Assembly (NCBI GenBank): GCA_951406725.2
Contig: OX597840.1
Location: 31,682,001-31,746,000 of the forward strand
Direction of reading: 5' to 3'
Length of the DNA stretch: 64,000 bases
DNA from: Octopus vulgaris
Taxonomy: Eukaryota
Below are positions 52,313 through 64,000 of the stretch, one piece after another. The position numbers and the translations under genes are program-made. Position 1 is the stretch's first letter, and each line of letters opens with the position of its first letter. The notes below the pieces were generated by a model that searched no databases, was not told where the DNA came from, and saw nothing but the letters and a program-made list of their open reading frames with translations.

Positions 52313-53299
52313 GGAGGCGCAATGGCCCAGTGGTTAGGGCAGCGGATTCGCGGTTGTGGGATCGCGGTTTCGATTCCCAGATCGGGCGTTGTGAGTGTTT
52401 ATTGAGCGAAAACACCTAAAGCTCCACGAGGCTCCGACAGGGGATGGTGGTGATCCCTGCTGTACGCTTTCACCACAACTTTCTCTCACTCTTACTTCCT
52501 GTTTCTGTTGTACCTGTATTTCAAAAGGCCGGCCTTGTCACTCTCTGTGTCACGCTGAATATCCCCAAGAACTACGTTAAGGGTACACGTGTCTGTGGAG
52601 TGCTCAGCCACTTACACGTTAATTTCACGAGCAGGCTGTTCCGTTGATTCGGATCAACCGGAAACCTCGTCGTCGTAACCGACGGAGTGCTTTCATATTG
52701 AGCGAAAACACCTAAAGCTCCACGAGGCTCCGGCAGGGGATGGTGGTGATCCCTGCCGTACTCTTTCACCACAACTTTCTCTCACTCTTACTTCCCGTTT
52801 CTGTTGTACCTGTATTTCAAAGGGCCGGCCTTGTCACTCTCTGTGTCACGCTGAATATCCCCTGGAACTGCGTTATGGGTACACGTGTCTGTGGAGTGCT
52901 CAGCCACTTACACGTTAATTTCACGAGCAGGCTGTTCCGTTGATTCGGATCAACCGGAACCCTCGTCATCGTAACCGACGGAGTGCTTCCATATTCAGCG
53001 AAAACACCTAAAGCTCCACGAGGATCCGGCAGGGGATGGTGGTGATCCCTGCTGTACTCTTTCACCACAACTTTCTCTCACTCTTACTTCCTGTTTCTGT
53101 TGTACCTGTATTTCAAAGGGCCGGCCTTGTCACTCTCTGTGTCACGCTGAATATCCCCGAGAACTACATTAAGGGTACACGTGTCTGTGGAGTGCTCAGC
53201 CACTTACACGTTAATTTCACGAGCAGGCTGTTCCGTTGATTCGGATCAATCGGAACCCTCATCGTCGTAACCGACGGAGTGCTTCCTTCCCTTCCTTCC
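52313..53299 (+). mobile_element. SINE-A trimer: one tRNA head plus three 296-bp bodies
   Basis: Junctions GTGCTTYCATATTSAGCGAAAAC. TSD ACTCAGTTA at 52302 and 53300. Confidence 0.9.
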
Positions 53300-53576
53300 A
53301 CTCAGTTACAGTTAAACTAAAGAACATCAAGGAGACCAAAACAACTAGGAGGCTTCTATGTGGTCATCTGACCTGCATGAAATAGCAGCAAAATCTCTCT
53401 AGAATCGAACCCGTCCCGTCGTCTTAGAAAAAACAACGTTAGAGATACGGTGCTGGGTTTTTTGTATGTACATAGTAAAATTAGACAGGGTGGTTATGGT
53501 TGGAATGCTTTTGATGATAGAGCTGATCATTTAGAAATAACCTGAAACTCATTAACATCATCAAAACTAACAGCAA

Positions 53577-53743
53577 TAGGCGCAGGAGTGGCTGTGTGGT
53601 AAGTAGCTTGCTAACCAACCACATGGTTCTGGGTTCAGGCCCACTGCGTGGCATCTTGGGCAAGTGTCTTCTGCTATAGCCCCGGGCCGACCAATGCCTT
53701 GTGAGTGGATTTGGTAGACGGAAACTGAAAGAAGCCTGTCGTA

Positions 53744-53816
<73 letters not shown>

Positions 53817-54048
53817 GTATGTGTGTGTGTTTGTGTGTCTGTGTTTGTTCCCCTAGCATTGCTTGACAACCGATGCTGGTGTGTTTACGTACCCGTCAGT
53901 TAGCGGTTCGGCAAAAAGAGACCGATTGAATAAGGTACTGGGCTTACAAAAAGAATAAGTCCCGGGGTCGAGTTGCTCGACTAAAAGGCGGTGCTCCAGC
54001 ATGGCCGCAGTCAAATGACTGAAACAAGTAACGGAGTAAAGGAGTAAA
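53577..54048 (+). mobile_element. SINE-C full copy
   Basis: Family consensus. Confidence 0.92.
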
Positions 54049-54498
54049 GGGATAGAAGTGCCATTGCTTGTATAACTGCTGGATATAGTAGTCATCTGCC
54101 CTTCGATTTCCAACGCATCATCTTAATCCGTTGTATACCTGGGGTTTCATGTGTGATACACAGGGCATCTTTCTCTGGCGTTCATGCATCTTATATGAAA
54201 CTACTATTCAGTATTTTTTCAACCTCCAGAATGACCTTCGACTTATGAAAGGAAGACTTTATATTACTCAGAGCAAATGAAATAAGGGCTAACTAAAAGT
54301 GTGGAAAGAAGAACAGACGATTAAGATGAATTTATGAAAATGCTTTCGACAGCTATCTTGATCCCATATTTTTCCAGGTATAGTATACTAATGACTACAT
54401 TAGTTTTATGTATCTTTCTTTGTTGTTTAACTCTTTGTGTGCCTGCATCATGTATAATACACAAGACATCTTTTCATCGTGGCCATGCTTCGAGTGGG

Positions 54499-55172
54499 AC
54501 ATCCGAACCGAAACCAAACTCATAGTGTACAGGGCAGTCATTATTCCATCCCTCCTTTACGCATTCGAAGCCTGGACCCCGTATAGTCACCACCTGAAAA
54601 CGCTCGAGAAATTTCACCAACGCTGTCTTCGGAAGATCCTTAACATCAGCTGGGAAGACAGAAGAACTAACGTCAGAGTGCTACAAGAAGCAAAAATGAC
54701 CAGCATCGAAGCCTATGTCATCAAAGGCCAACTAAGATGGAGCGGCCACGTGGTTAGAATGACTGACGAACGACTTCCCAAACAGATCTTCTACTCCCAA
54801 CTCAAAGACGGCAAGCGTACAAAAGGAGGCCAGAAGAAACGCTACAAGGACTCCCTGAAAACGAACCTCAAAAAGTGTGACATCGACTTCACGAACTGGG
54901 AGGAAACGGTAAAAAACAGACCACTCTGGAAAACCACCATCCATGAGGGAACGGCGACTTTCGAGTCGAAAAGGTCTGCATAGCTGGAGGAGAAAAGACG
55001 ACGACGGAAGGAGCGCCAACAACAACCACGTGCGACTCTCCCTTCCGGCACTAGATGTCCGCACTGCGACCGATCTTTTCAAGCAAGAATTGGTCTTATC
55101 GGTCACCTACGGACTCACCAGTAAATTTGCGCGAAGACCATCATCCTCGAACTTGAGGGATTGCCATCGATC
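54499..55172 (+). pseudogene. Young 5'-truncated RTE-clade LINE (ORF C-terminus, C2H2 finger, 3' UTR)
   Basis: TKLIVYRAVIIPSLLYAFEAWT..LRWSGHVVRM..RLPKQIFY, one TAG at 54981, then CPHCDRSFQARIGLIGHLRTH* (55124). TSD GCTTCGAGTGGG at 54487 and 55173. Confidence 0.92.
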
Positions 55173-55419
55173 GCTTCGAGTGGGTTAAAATGGTCGTAAG
55201 TTGACTATGAAGGACTGCTGCTAGAGCTGTGAAATCTTGCAGGCATTAATTTCTGCCCCTTCTTCTAAGTAACTATGTTACTTGTTTTCAGATAAACTGA
55301 CATCTGACTGTTCAGAGAAGACTTCAAAAGTAACTAGTAGCGACTTCACTTGAAATCGGCATCGTGGGGTTATGAAGTCCCTGCAGAAAAGGCATTTAGC
55401 GCCAAAGGACATTATTTAC

Positions 55420-55906
55420 TTGTACTCGTACTTGTGACGGCGTTCACCCAGGGTGGGTTGAGCCAACTTCTTCTCTATTCATAGAAGTTTCTTGGGAATA
55501 CTGAATGTACAAGCGGTCCCTGACGTCCCGCATGCATATCCCGAGTGACGGGACGCCCTGTTTGCTTTGAGGAGGGGTTTGACTTTAGGGTAGTGGAATT
55601 TTCACCAGGCTGCGACCCTTATTCCGCTCGGTGCCAGACCAATCCGCCTTGTGTGGCCCTACCAAGAACCGAAGTTCCCGACGGCATAGCTCCGACACTG
55701 CTTGTTTACACCACCCTACCGCTTTGAGGAGGGGTTGGACTTTAGGGTAGTGGAATTTTCACCAGCCTGCGGCCCTTATTCCGCTCGGTGCCAGACCAAT
55801 TCGCCTTGGGTGGCCCTACCAAGAACCGAAGTTCCCGACGGCATAGCTCTGACACTGCTTGTTTACACCACCCTACCGCTTTGAGGAAGGGTTGGACTTT
55901 AGGGTA
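55420..55906 (-). mobile_element. RTE/BovB-like 5' UTR with a 157-bp tandem repeat
   Basis: Minus strand GAGCTATGCC...GTAGGGCCACCCAAGGCG resembles the BovB-type 5' region. Units start at 55564, 55721 and 55878. Confidence 0.65.
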
Positions 55907-56356
55907 AAAAAGAACATTTATACTGATATGGTTCCAACATGGAACTAATTTTCATCGATCACGAAAATATAAATAAATAAATAAATAAATATAATGAAGC
56001 AGATAGGAAAGGCAAAGTTGACCTTTGCAGGAATTGAACTCAGGTCTTTAGAAAGATAAGAAAGAAAATAACTAGGAAGCATTCTACTTGACATTCAGAA
56101 ATCTTTGCTAAATTTCTGCCTTAAGAAAGAAATACCAAAAATGGACCTCTGCCTATTGAGATCAGCTCTATTCCAGCCGTTTCAGAACTCTGCTACCAAG
56201 TGTCTTCCCTCTCTCCTGTTCCTTGCCACGCTTCCAAATCCCGTCTAAGATCTCCGTTTAAGATCATAAACCACTTTCTCGTCTGTTCTCTGCAGGTAAA
56301 TTACGCCATTTTAGGGCCTTAACCTTGTAAATTAGGAGACGATCGCGAATAAGGCT

Positions 56357-56836
56357 GATGTTATGAAAATAATCTTTTCTACACTAGGCAAAAGGCCCGA
56401 AATTTTGGGGGAGGGAGCCAGTCGATTAGATCGACTCCTGTACACAGCTGGTACTTAATTTATCGACCCCGAAAGGATGAAAGGTAAAGTCGACCACAGC
56501 ATAATTTGATCCCAGAACGTAGCGATCGGCGGAATACTGCTAAGCATTTCGGCCAGCGCACTAACAATTCTGCCAGCTCACCACCGTAGATGTTATGAAA
56601 ATAATCTTTTCTACACTAGGCAAAAGGCCCGAAATTTTGGGGGAGGGTTCAGTCGATTAGATCGACTCCTGTACACAGCTGGTACTTAATTTATCGACCC
56701 CGAAAGGATGAAAGGCAAAGTCGACTACAGCATAATTTGAACCCATAACGTAGCGATCGGCGGAATACCGCTAAGCATTTCGGCTAGCGCACTAACAATT
56801 CTGCCAGCTCACCACCGTAGATGTTATGAAAATAAT
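56357..56836 (-). mobile_element. Tandem dimer of an older SINE-M
   Basis: The 17-bp GATGTTATGAAAATAAT occurs at 56357, 56589 and 56820. Confidence 0.85.
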
Positions 56837-57036
56837 AAAAGTTCTCAGAATACAGCGTAAAATGGTTGGCATAGGGAAAGGCATCATGTCATAGAAACCA
56901 TGCCAAAGAAGAGACAGGGTGCATGACGCAGTCCACCCACTGGCCAGATCCTGCCGGACTACCCAGCCCATGCCAGCATGGATGATGGACACTAAATGAT
57001 GATGAGGATGACATACGTACCTATATATACGCATGT

Positions 57037-57419
57037 GGAGGCGCAATGGCCCAGTGGTTAAGGCAGCGGACTCGCGGTCGTAGGATCGCGGTTTCGATTC
57101 CCAGACCGGGCGTTGTGAGTGTTTATTGAGCGAAAACACCTATAGCACCACGAGGATCCGGCAGGGGGGGGGGGGTGATCCCTGCTGAACTCTTTCACCA
57201 CAACTTTCTCTCACTCTTACTTCCTGTTTCTGTTGTACCTGTATTTCAAAGGACCGGCCTTGTCACTCTCTGTGTCACGCTGAATATCCCCGAGAACTAC
57301 GTTAAGGGTACACGTGTCTGTGGAGTGCTCAGCCACTTACACGTTAATTTCACGAGCAGGCTGTTCTGTTGATCGGATCAACCGGAACACTCGTCGTCGT
57401 AACCGACGGAGTGCTTCCA
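57037..57419 (+). mobile_element. SINE-A full copy
   Basis: Consensus match, with TSD ATATACGCA. Confidence 0.92.
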
Positions 57420-57882
57420 TATACGCACATGTGGGAGTGTGCATATGTTTGTATGTGTGTTTACATTTTTGCTCATATCGATAGCGAGGAAATCGATAAT
57501 ATTAAAAAAAAAGAAAAATCGGGGTACGAGTCCGTTGCCTTAAACAATATAGGCATACGTCTACATTGTTTAAAACACTTGGTGGTCATGGATGGAACTC
57601 TTTTCTTTTGTCAAAAGAAGAAAGCAGTACGTTTGACCCCTTTCAGGACTTCATGAAACTGGAAGCAAAGTATCAAGGAAACCGAAAATGTGTCCTGAAT
57701 ATTTTGAAACCGATTGGGTCCTAATAAGTCCCATCCCTAAACTCGTCGCGGGGTGACCAGAACCATGGAGTAGTCTTCGAAGCGGGTGGCCGGGTGGTTT
57801 CAGAACCAGTTGGCAATGATCCCAGAAGATGATGCTTCTCAGAAGCAGCTGGCATTGGTACCAGAAAAAAAAAGAAAGGGTA

Positions 57883-58059
57883 TAGGCGCAGGAGTGGCTG
57901 TGTGGTAAGTAGCTTGCTAACCAACCACATGGTTCTGGTTTCAATCCCACTGCGTGGCATCTTGTGTCTTCAAGTGTCTTCTGCTATAGCCTCGGGCCAA
58001 CCAATGCCTTGTGAGTGGATTTGATAGACGAAAACTGAAAGAAGCCTGTCGTATATATG

Positions 58060-58090
<31 letters not shown>

Positions 58091-58310
58091 TTGTGTGACT
58101 GTGTTTGTCCCCCTAGCATTGCTTGACAACCGATGCTGATGTGTGTTTACGTCCCCGTCACTTAGCGGTTCGGCAAAAGAGACCGATAGAATAAGTACTG
58201 GGCTTACAAAGAATAAGTCCCGGGGTCGATTTGCTCGACTAAAAAAGGCGGTGCTCCAGCATGGCCGCAGTCAAATGACTGAAACAAGTAAAAGAGTAAA
58301 AGAGTAAAGA
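57883..58310 (+). mobile_element. SINE-C full copy
   Basis: Family consensus. Confidence 0.9.
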
Positions 58311-58369
58311 GGTATCAGTGCCAGGTCAGACTCGGGCTTAAGTGTAGCAAACAAAATGGCTACGGAAGT

Positions 58370-58668
58370 ATTTAAGAGAGGAGGAGGAGGAGGAAGGAAA
58401 CAAGTAACACGTGACGTCCCGTCCGACCGTTGTCACGATTCTTTCAGTAGAACGCCGTAGACGGCTCTTTATTTGTCGACTGGTGGTTAAATAACAGCAA
58501 CAACAACAACAACAGCCAGAAGGAGTCTGTGGAACTTTTGCAATTGCATCTTGTGGAAGTTCTGCATCAAAGACCTGTGATATTGTGCAGCTGCTACTGT
58601 TTTCGTCTCGTCTTCTACTGCAGCTGATGGATGTTATACACACTGCCATTTCTACTGTATTTAGGGTG

Positions 58669-58672
<4 letters not shown>
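58370..58672 (+). promoter_or_regulatory. Candidate promoter / non-coding first exon
   Basis: CpG-retaining unique sequence with overlapping CACGTGACGTC (E-box/CRE), (GGA)n, (CAA)n, and a possible donor GTATGT. Confidence 0.3.
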
Positions 58673-58731
<59 letters not shown>

Positions 58732-58764
58732 TTCACGTTATTTATTTATGTAAAGGTTTATTAT

Positions 58765-58824
<60 letters not shown>

Positions 58825-58989
58825 ACATAAACATTATATATGTATGAATGTGTGTATATATATATATATGCACGCACACATATAAACACATAAACACACA
58901 TATACATAACGTATATTTTTTAAACTATCTTTATGTACGTGTGTGCGTATATATGCACACACACAGACACACACATATATATATATACA

Positions 58990-59038
<49 letters not shown>

Positions 59039-59322
59039 GTTCATATATATATATATGTGTGTGTGTGTGTGTTGTTGCAGCAACGAACAGAGGCAATCTT
59101 GTCATTGTTGCTGTTGTAATTGTTGTTCTCCCTATAGTTGCTGTTGTCGCTTTCTCCTCTTCTTCTTCTTATTTTAACAATAGTCCTTGACATTTTTAAC
59201 ATTATTCATGTTTTCATTTCAATTTACCCTTATTATCACCCTCTTACCGTTCTTATCGCTGTTTCTCTTTCTGTTAATACTGTTATTATTATCATCATCA
59301 GCATCATCATTATTATTATTAT

Positions 59323-59644
59323 TGAGTGAGAGAGCAGTTCATGCCATCAAAGTGACACTCGGGTACAAATATACGAAGCCCAATATACCCATCATGACTA
59401 CCCGTCTGATAAGGGTACACCAGGCACATGCATCACAACCATATGTGCGCGACATGGTGATCTCATATCAAGATAAACAGCGCATGACCTTGCAGGTGGG
59501 GCCCAGTTAGAATTTTCTTCAGGTTGAGTACCCATCCCGCTCAAAAGGTCTCTGAATAAGGGTTGTTTAAGGATGTTGAAATAACCACCCATGTTTCCAG
59601 AGGTGAATTATTCAAACCCCAAAGAATCCCTCTCAACACATGGC

Positions 59645-59696
<52 letters not shown>

Positions 59697-60032
59697 GAGT
59701 GAGAGAGCAGTGTATACCATCAAAGTGACACTGGGGTAAAATATACGAAGCCCAATATACCCATCATGACTACCCGTCTGATAAGGGTACACCAGGCACA
59801 TGCATCACAACCATATGTGCGCGACATGGTGATCTCATATCAAGATAAACAGCGCATGACCTTGCAGGTGGGGCCCAGTTAGAATTTTCTTCAGGTTGAG
59901 TATCCATCCCGCTCAAAAGGTCTCTGAATAAGGGTTGTTTAAGGATGTTGAAATAACCACCCATGTTTCCAGAGGTGCATTATTCAAACCCCAAAGAACC
60001 CCTCTCAACACATGGCTATGATGCTCCCCCAC
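59323..60032 (-). mobile_element. Two 5'-truncated copies of the (AAT)n-targeting retroposon
   Basis: They match 35456-35790 and are separated and flanked by (ATT)n. Confidence 0.85.
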
Positions 60033-60111
<79 letters not shown>

Positions 60112-60259
60112 CATTGTTACGTCCTGGGTGTGATTTTAAATGAATCCGGAAGTGGGGCCCTGATACAAGAGCTTCTGCTTTTCGTGGACTGTGGAATGGT
60201 TTTGTAGACTCATGTATTCCCACGTTTGATCTGCTTTGGAAAAGTAGCACCTATTAGTG

Positions 60260-60598
60260 TCCCAGCTATGAGCTTGATTAGAGCGTCGAACCCACAATCA
60301 TGGGGTAGTTAGTTCGATAGCCGGACTAGGCTACGTGTTGTGGTCCGTGGTCCTGTGCAAGACACTTTATTTCACATCGCTCCAGTTCTCTCAGTTGTAG
60401 AAATGATTTGCGGCGTCACTGGTACCAAGCTGTATCGGCCCCTTTGCCTTTCGCTTGCACAACATCGTTGGCGAGGACACTGGAGGCTGGTATGCATGGG
60501 TGATGACTGGTCTTCCATAAACAGCCTCGGTGGGTAATTTTCTTGGTGAAATCCCCTGATCATTCATGACCGAACGGCGGCAACTTTGCCTTTACCTT
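60260..60598 (+). mobile_element. Old tRNA-derived SINE (fourth family)
   Basis: Degenerate B box GTTCGATAGCC, GTCCTGTGCAAGACACTTTATTTCAC central domain and (CCTTTA)-like tail. Confidence 0.55.
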
Positions 60599-60829
60599 AC
60601 GAACCTCTGGCAGTGAAGGACGTTTTAGTTCTAGGAGAATATATACTCGTATTGCAGCGTGGAAAGTGTTTATAAGCCATTGAAGAAACACACAAAAACC
60701 GTTAGATTCACTTCAATATCTAAATTTAATTTGTCAAAATATTTTCTCTTTCTTTATTACCCACTAGGGGCGACACAGAGGGGACACCACAAGACATTGG
60801 GGACATAGAACATTATAATTAATAGTATG

Positions 60830-61058
60830 GCGGCGAGTTGGCAGAAACGTTAGCACGCCGGACGAAATGCGTTGCCGTATTTCGTCTGCCGTTACGTTCC
60901 GAGTTCAAATTCCGCCGAGGTCGACTTTGCCGTTCATCCTTCCGGGGTCGATAAATTAAGTACCAGTTACGCACTGGGGTCGATGTAATCGACTTAATCC
61001 CTTTGTCTGTCCTTGTTTGTCTCCTCTGTGTTTAGCCCCTTGTGGGTAGTAAAGAAAT
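60830..61058 (+). mobile_element. SINE-M full copy
   Basis: TSD ATAATYAATAGTATGG at both ends. Confidence 0.92.
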
Positions 61059-61299
61059 ATATAATCAATAGTATGGAGAATGAATTTTTAGAATGATAGT
61101 GATAATATGAAAGCGATGCTGACGGCCCCATCCGCCAGCACCACTTACCTGTCCTTCACAACCCTTCGTCGCCTATCATCTCCAATCAAAAGTCCCTCTT
61201 TTCTTATCACTTTCTCAAATATCCTTTCATACTCTTTTATCTTCTCATTCGAAAATTCCATCTCAATCGCTTTTACGCCCTCATTTACACACATCTTCC

Positions 61300-61330
<31 letters not shown>

Positions 61331-61822
61331 ATTTAGCTCAAAAGCAAATAGCAAGGCCATGTAGGGGGACATGGAGTTAAGTACAGGGTGGTGTTCATGT
61401 AAAGAGTTCAGGCCACTTGAGTCAAGGGAGGCTTTGAACAAAGCGGTCGTCGGCATCTTCACCATCTCGTCTGGCAGCTTGTTCCACGGATCCGCAACCC
61501 GGACGGAGAAAGCTCCTCTCCTTCGATTGAGATGAAATCGTCGCAGGTAGAGCTTTTCGGAATGACACCGCAGCAGACGCTCTGGAGCAGGAGTGAAGAA
61601 CAGCTCCTTCGAGAGGTTACACTTTCCGCTTATGATGTTGTGAGCGAGAATGAGATCACCACGGCGGCGTCGTTTTTCTAGAGAATAAAGGTCGAGCGTC
61701 CTCAGCCTTTCTTCGTAGGACAAATTTTTGAGACCATGAACCATGCGGGTAGCCAGCTTCTGGACTCTTTCGAGATGCTGTATGTCTTTGAGGAGATAAG
61801 GAGAAGAGGCTTGAATCCCGTG
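61300..61822 (-). pseudogene. CR1 LINE 3' end with (TAAC)n tail
   Basis: LERVQKLATRMVHGLKNLSYEERLRTLDLYSLEKRRRRGDLI..FSVRVADPWNKLP. Confidence 0.9.
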
Positions 61823-63465
61823 TCCATTACTTCACCTTCCACCACCAGGTAACTCCCATCTCCTTCCTCATACCATGCTTCTTTACCAAAGACTCTTGTT
61901 GAGTTCTCATTGTCTTCCTTTTATTTTACAAAACATAAAAAATTGGACTTGGGCTCTTGTTTACTCTGTATGTCTGCGTTTTTAGGTTTTCTTGTAGGCG
62001 GGGAGTGGGTGGGATCTTTGTTTGCAAGGGAAGGATGGGGCTCAGTGGGTGCGGGTGGTGTTGGGGTGGATTGGGGTTCGATAAAGTTCACTTTCCTTCT
62101 TCTTTTTCTTTTTTTCCTTACGATTCCCACTCAGTTTGGGCCTTCTTCTCCTCCTCCTCAGATTCTTCCTCTTCAAATTTTTCCCGCTCCGTCTCCTCCT
62201 CTTCCTGGATCACTGTTTCTTTTTGTGTGGGGGAGGGCAGTAGGCTCTTATGTGGCCCCTCAGGCCACACTTATAGCACCTTGGTGCTCTGCCCTCCACC
62301 CACACTCTCTTTACTATATTCCCTAAAATTATGCTGTCCGCCATCTTCTCCAGTGCACCCTCCTCTGCTTGAACGCTCATTTCTAGCGTTTTGCCACGTA
62401 AACCTTCATTTTTTACGGTCCCTTGTAAAGTGTCCGTCTCTTCTTCCACATCTTTTATAATCGCCGCGACGACCCATTCGCCCTCTATGTGGAGGGGGGG
62501 GGGGGTATCCCTTCAACTCTTATTCTATTTATTCTTTGGTTCATGTAGGAGGATGGAGGCGCAATGGCCCAGTGGTTAGGGCAGCGGACTCGCGGTCATA
62601 GGATCGCGGTTTCGATTCCCAGACCGGGCGTTGTGAGTGTTTATTGAGCGAAAACACCTAAAGTTCCACGAGGCTTCGGCAGGGGATGGTGGTGATCCCT
62701 GCTGTACTCTTTCACCACAACTTTCTCTCACTCTTACTTCCTGTTTCTGTTGTACCTGTATTTCAAAGGGCCGGCCTTGTCACTCTCTGTGTCACGCTGA
62801 ATATCCCCGAGAACTGCGTTAAGGGTACACGTGTCTGTGGAGTGCTCAGCCACTTACACGTTAATTTCACGAGCAGGCTGTTCCGTTGATTCGGATCAAC
62901 CGGAACCCTCATCGTCGTAACCGACGGAGTGCTTTCATATTCAGCGAAAACACCTAAAGCTCCACGAGGCTCCGGTAGGGGATGGTGGTGATCCCTGTTG
63001 TACTCTTTCACCACAACTTTCTCTCACTCTTACTTCCTGTTTCTGATGTACCTGTATTTCGAAGGGCCGGCCTTGTCTCTCTCTGTGTCACGCTGAATAT
63101 CCCCGAGAACTACGTTAAGGGTACACGTGTCTGTGGAGTGCTCAGCCACTTACACGTTAATTTCACGAGCAGGCTGTTCCGTTGATTCGGATCAACCGGA
63201 ACCCTCGTCGTCGTAACCGACGGAGTGCTTCCATTTTTTTCATGTAGGAGGGTAACAATATTACTTTTTCAGTTTTTATTGTCTTCGTTGCCATTTTCCT
63301 TGCTATATTTTTGCTTTCGAACTGCACTCTTATAGTTTCGAACTCGTTTCCTCTTGTCCTGAATGTGATTTCTTCCTTCTCTCTTCTCAGCGCCTCCTCA
63401 ATATCTTCCATTTTTATTATTTCTACTTTCCTGTTATCCTTTCCATATACTTTTATAATCTCTTC
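61823..63465 (-). pseudogene. L1-Tx1-like ORF1 remnant (CCHC knuckle) interrupted by a SINE-A dimer
   Basis: KRVWVEGRAPRCYKCGLRGHIRAYCP, with upstream IRVQFESKNIARKMATKTIKTEKVILLPSY. It probably continues to ~61100. Confidence 0.65.
62555..63233 (+). mobile_element. SINE-A dimer (head plus two bodies)
   Basis: Same junction type as at 52313. TSD TTCATGTAGGAGG at 62540 and 63239. Confidence 0.9.
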
Positions 63466-63467
63466 AT

Positions 63468-63948
63468 ACTCTTTTACTTGTTTCAGTCAGTTTGACCTGC
63501 CCACCTGCTTTAGTTATGTAAGCACCTGCCTTTAGTCGATCAAATCGACCTCGGGACTTATTCTTTGTTAAGCCCAGTTCTTATTTATTCACGGCGCCAT
63601 CGGTCTCTTTCGGTGCCCCCGACACTCGAACAACCATGACTCTTCCATCAGGGAGGGGTCGTCACATATCCTCTTGTTGTCTCAAGCAACAGCTAGGGGG
63701 AACAAAACAGTATAACACGAAACCGTATCAACAAACACACACACTTATATATATATATATATACAATATATACGACAGGCTTCTTTCAGTTTCCGTCTAC
63801 ACAATTTCACGAGCGTTCACAAGGCATCTTCCGTCGGCCCGGGGTCTATACAGACAGACAGACACTTGCCGCCAAGATGCCACGCAGTGGACTGAACACG
63901 GAAACCATGTGGTTGGTTAGCAAGCTACTTACCACACAGCCACTCCTG
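63468..63948 (-). mobile_element. SINE-C copy full of small insertions
   Basis: Recognisable head and tail, but indel-rich. Confidence 0.75.
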
Positions 63949-64000
63949 TCCGGTATTTTATAATCCTCTTCATAAACCATTCTTCTCGTTTCTCTGGTGG

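Overview
AT-rich eukaryotic DNA packed with microsatellites and retroposons. The SINE families and repeat density look like an octopus (cephalopod) genome, which is an inference. I could not support any intact host protein-coding gene, rRNA, true tRNA or CRISPR array. Almost every ORF in the track is a translated microsatellite or lies inside a SINE or LINE. The window holds three abundant tRNA-derived SINE families (called SINE-A, CORE-type SINE-C and Meta-domain SINE-M here), fragments of R4/Dong, RTE, CR1-group, I-group and Tx1 LINEs, Penelope GIY-YIG remnants, two non-autonomous Helitrons, and Tc1 and mariner remnants. The most notable signal, found by hand-folding, is a set of at least six unrelated non-coding repeat families that each carry a minimal type I hammerhead ribozyme. 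About 11 well-formed motifs are present, with palindromic stem III, and two families have a compensatory U3:A8 core. They occur as tandem plus inverted arrays, mostly beside (TA)n, which suggests a Penelope-mobilised retrozyme-like system. One family has also seeded a ~206-bp satellite. SINE-LINE partner pairs can be read directly from shared 3' tails.
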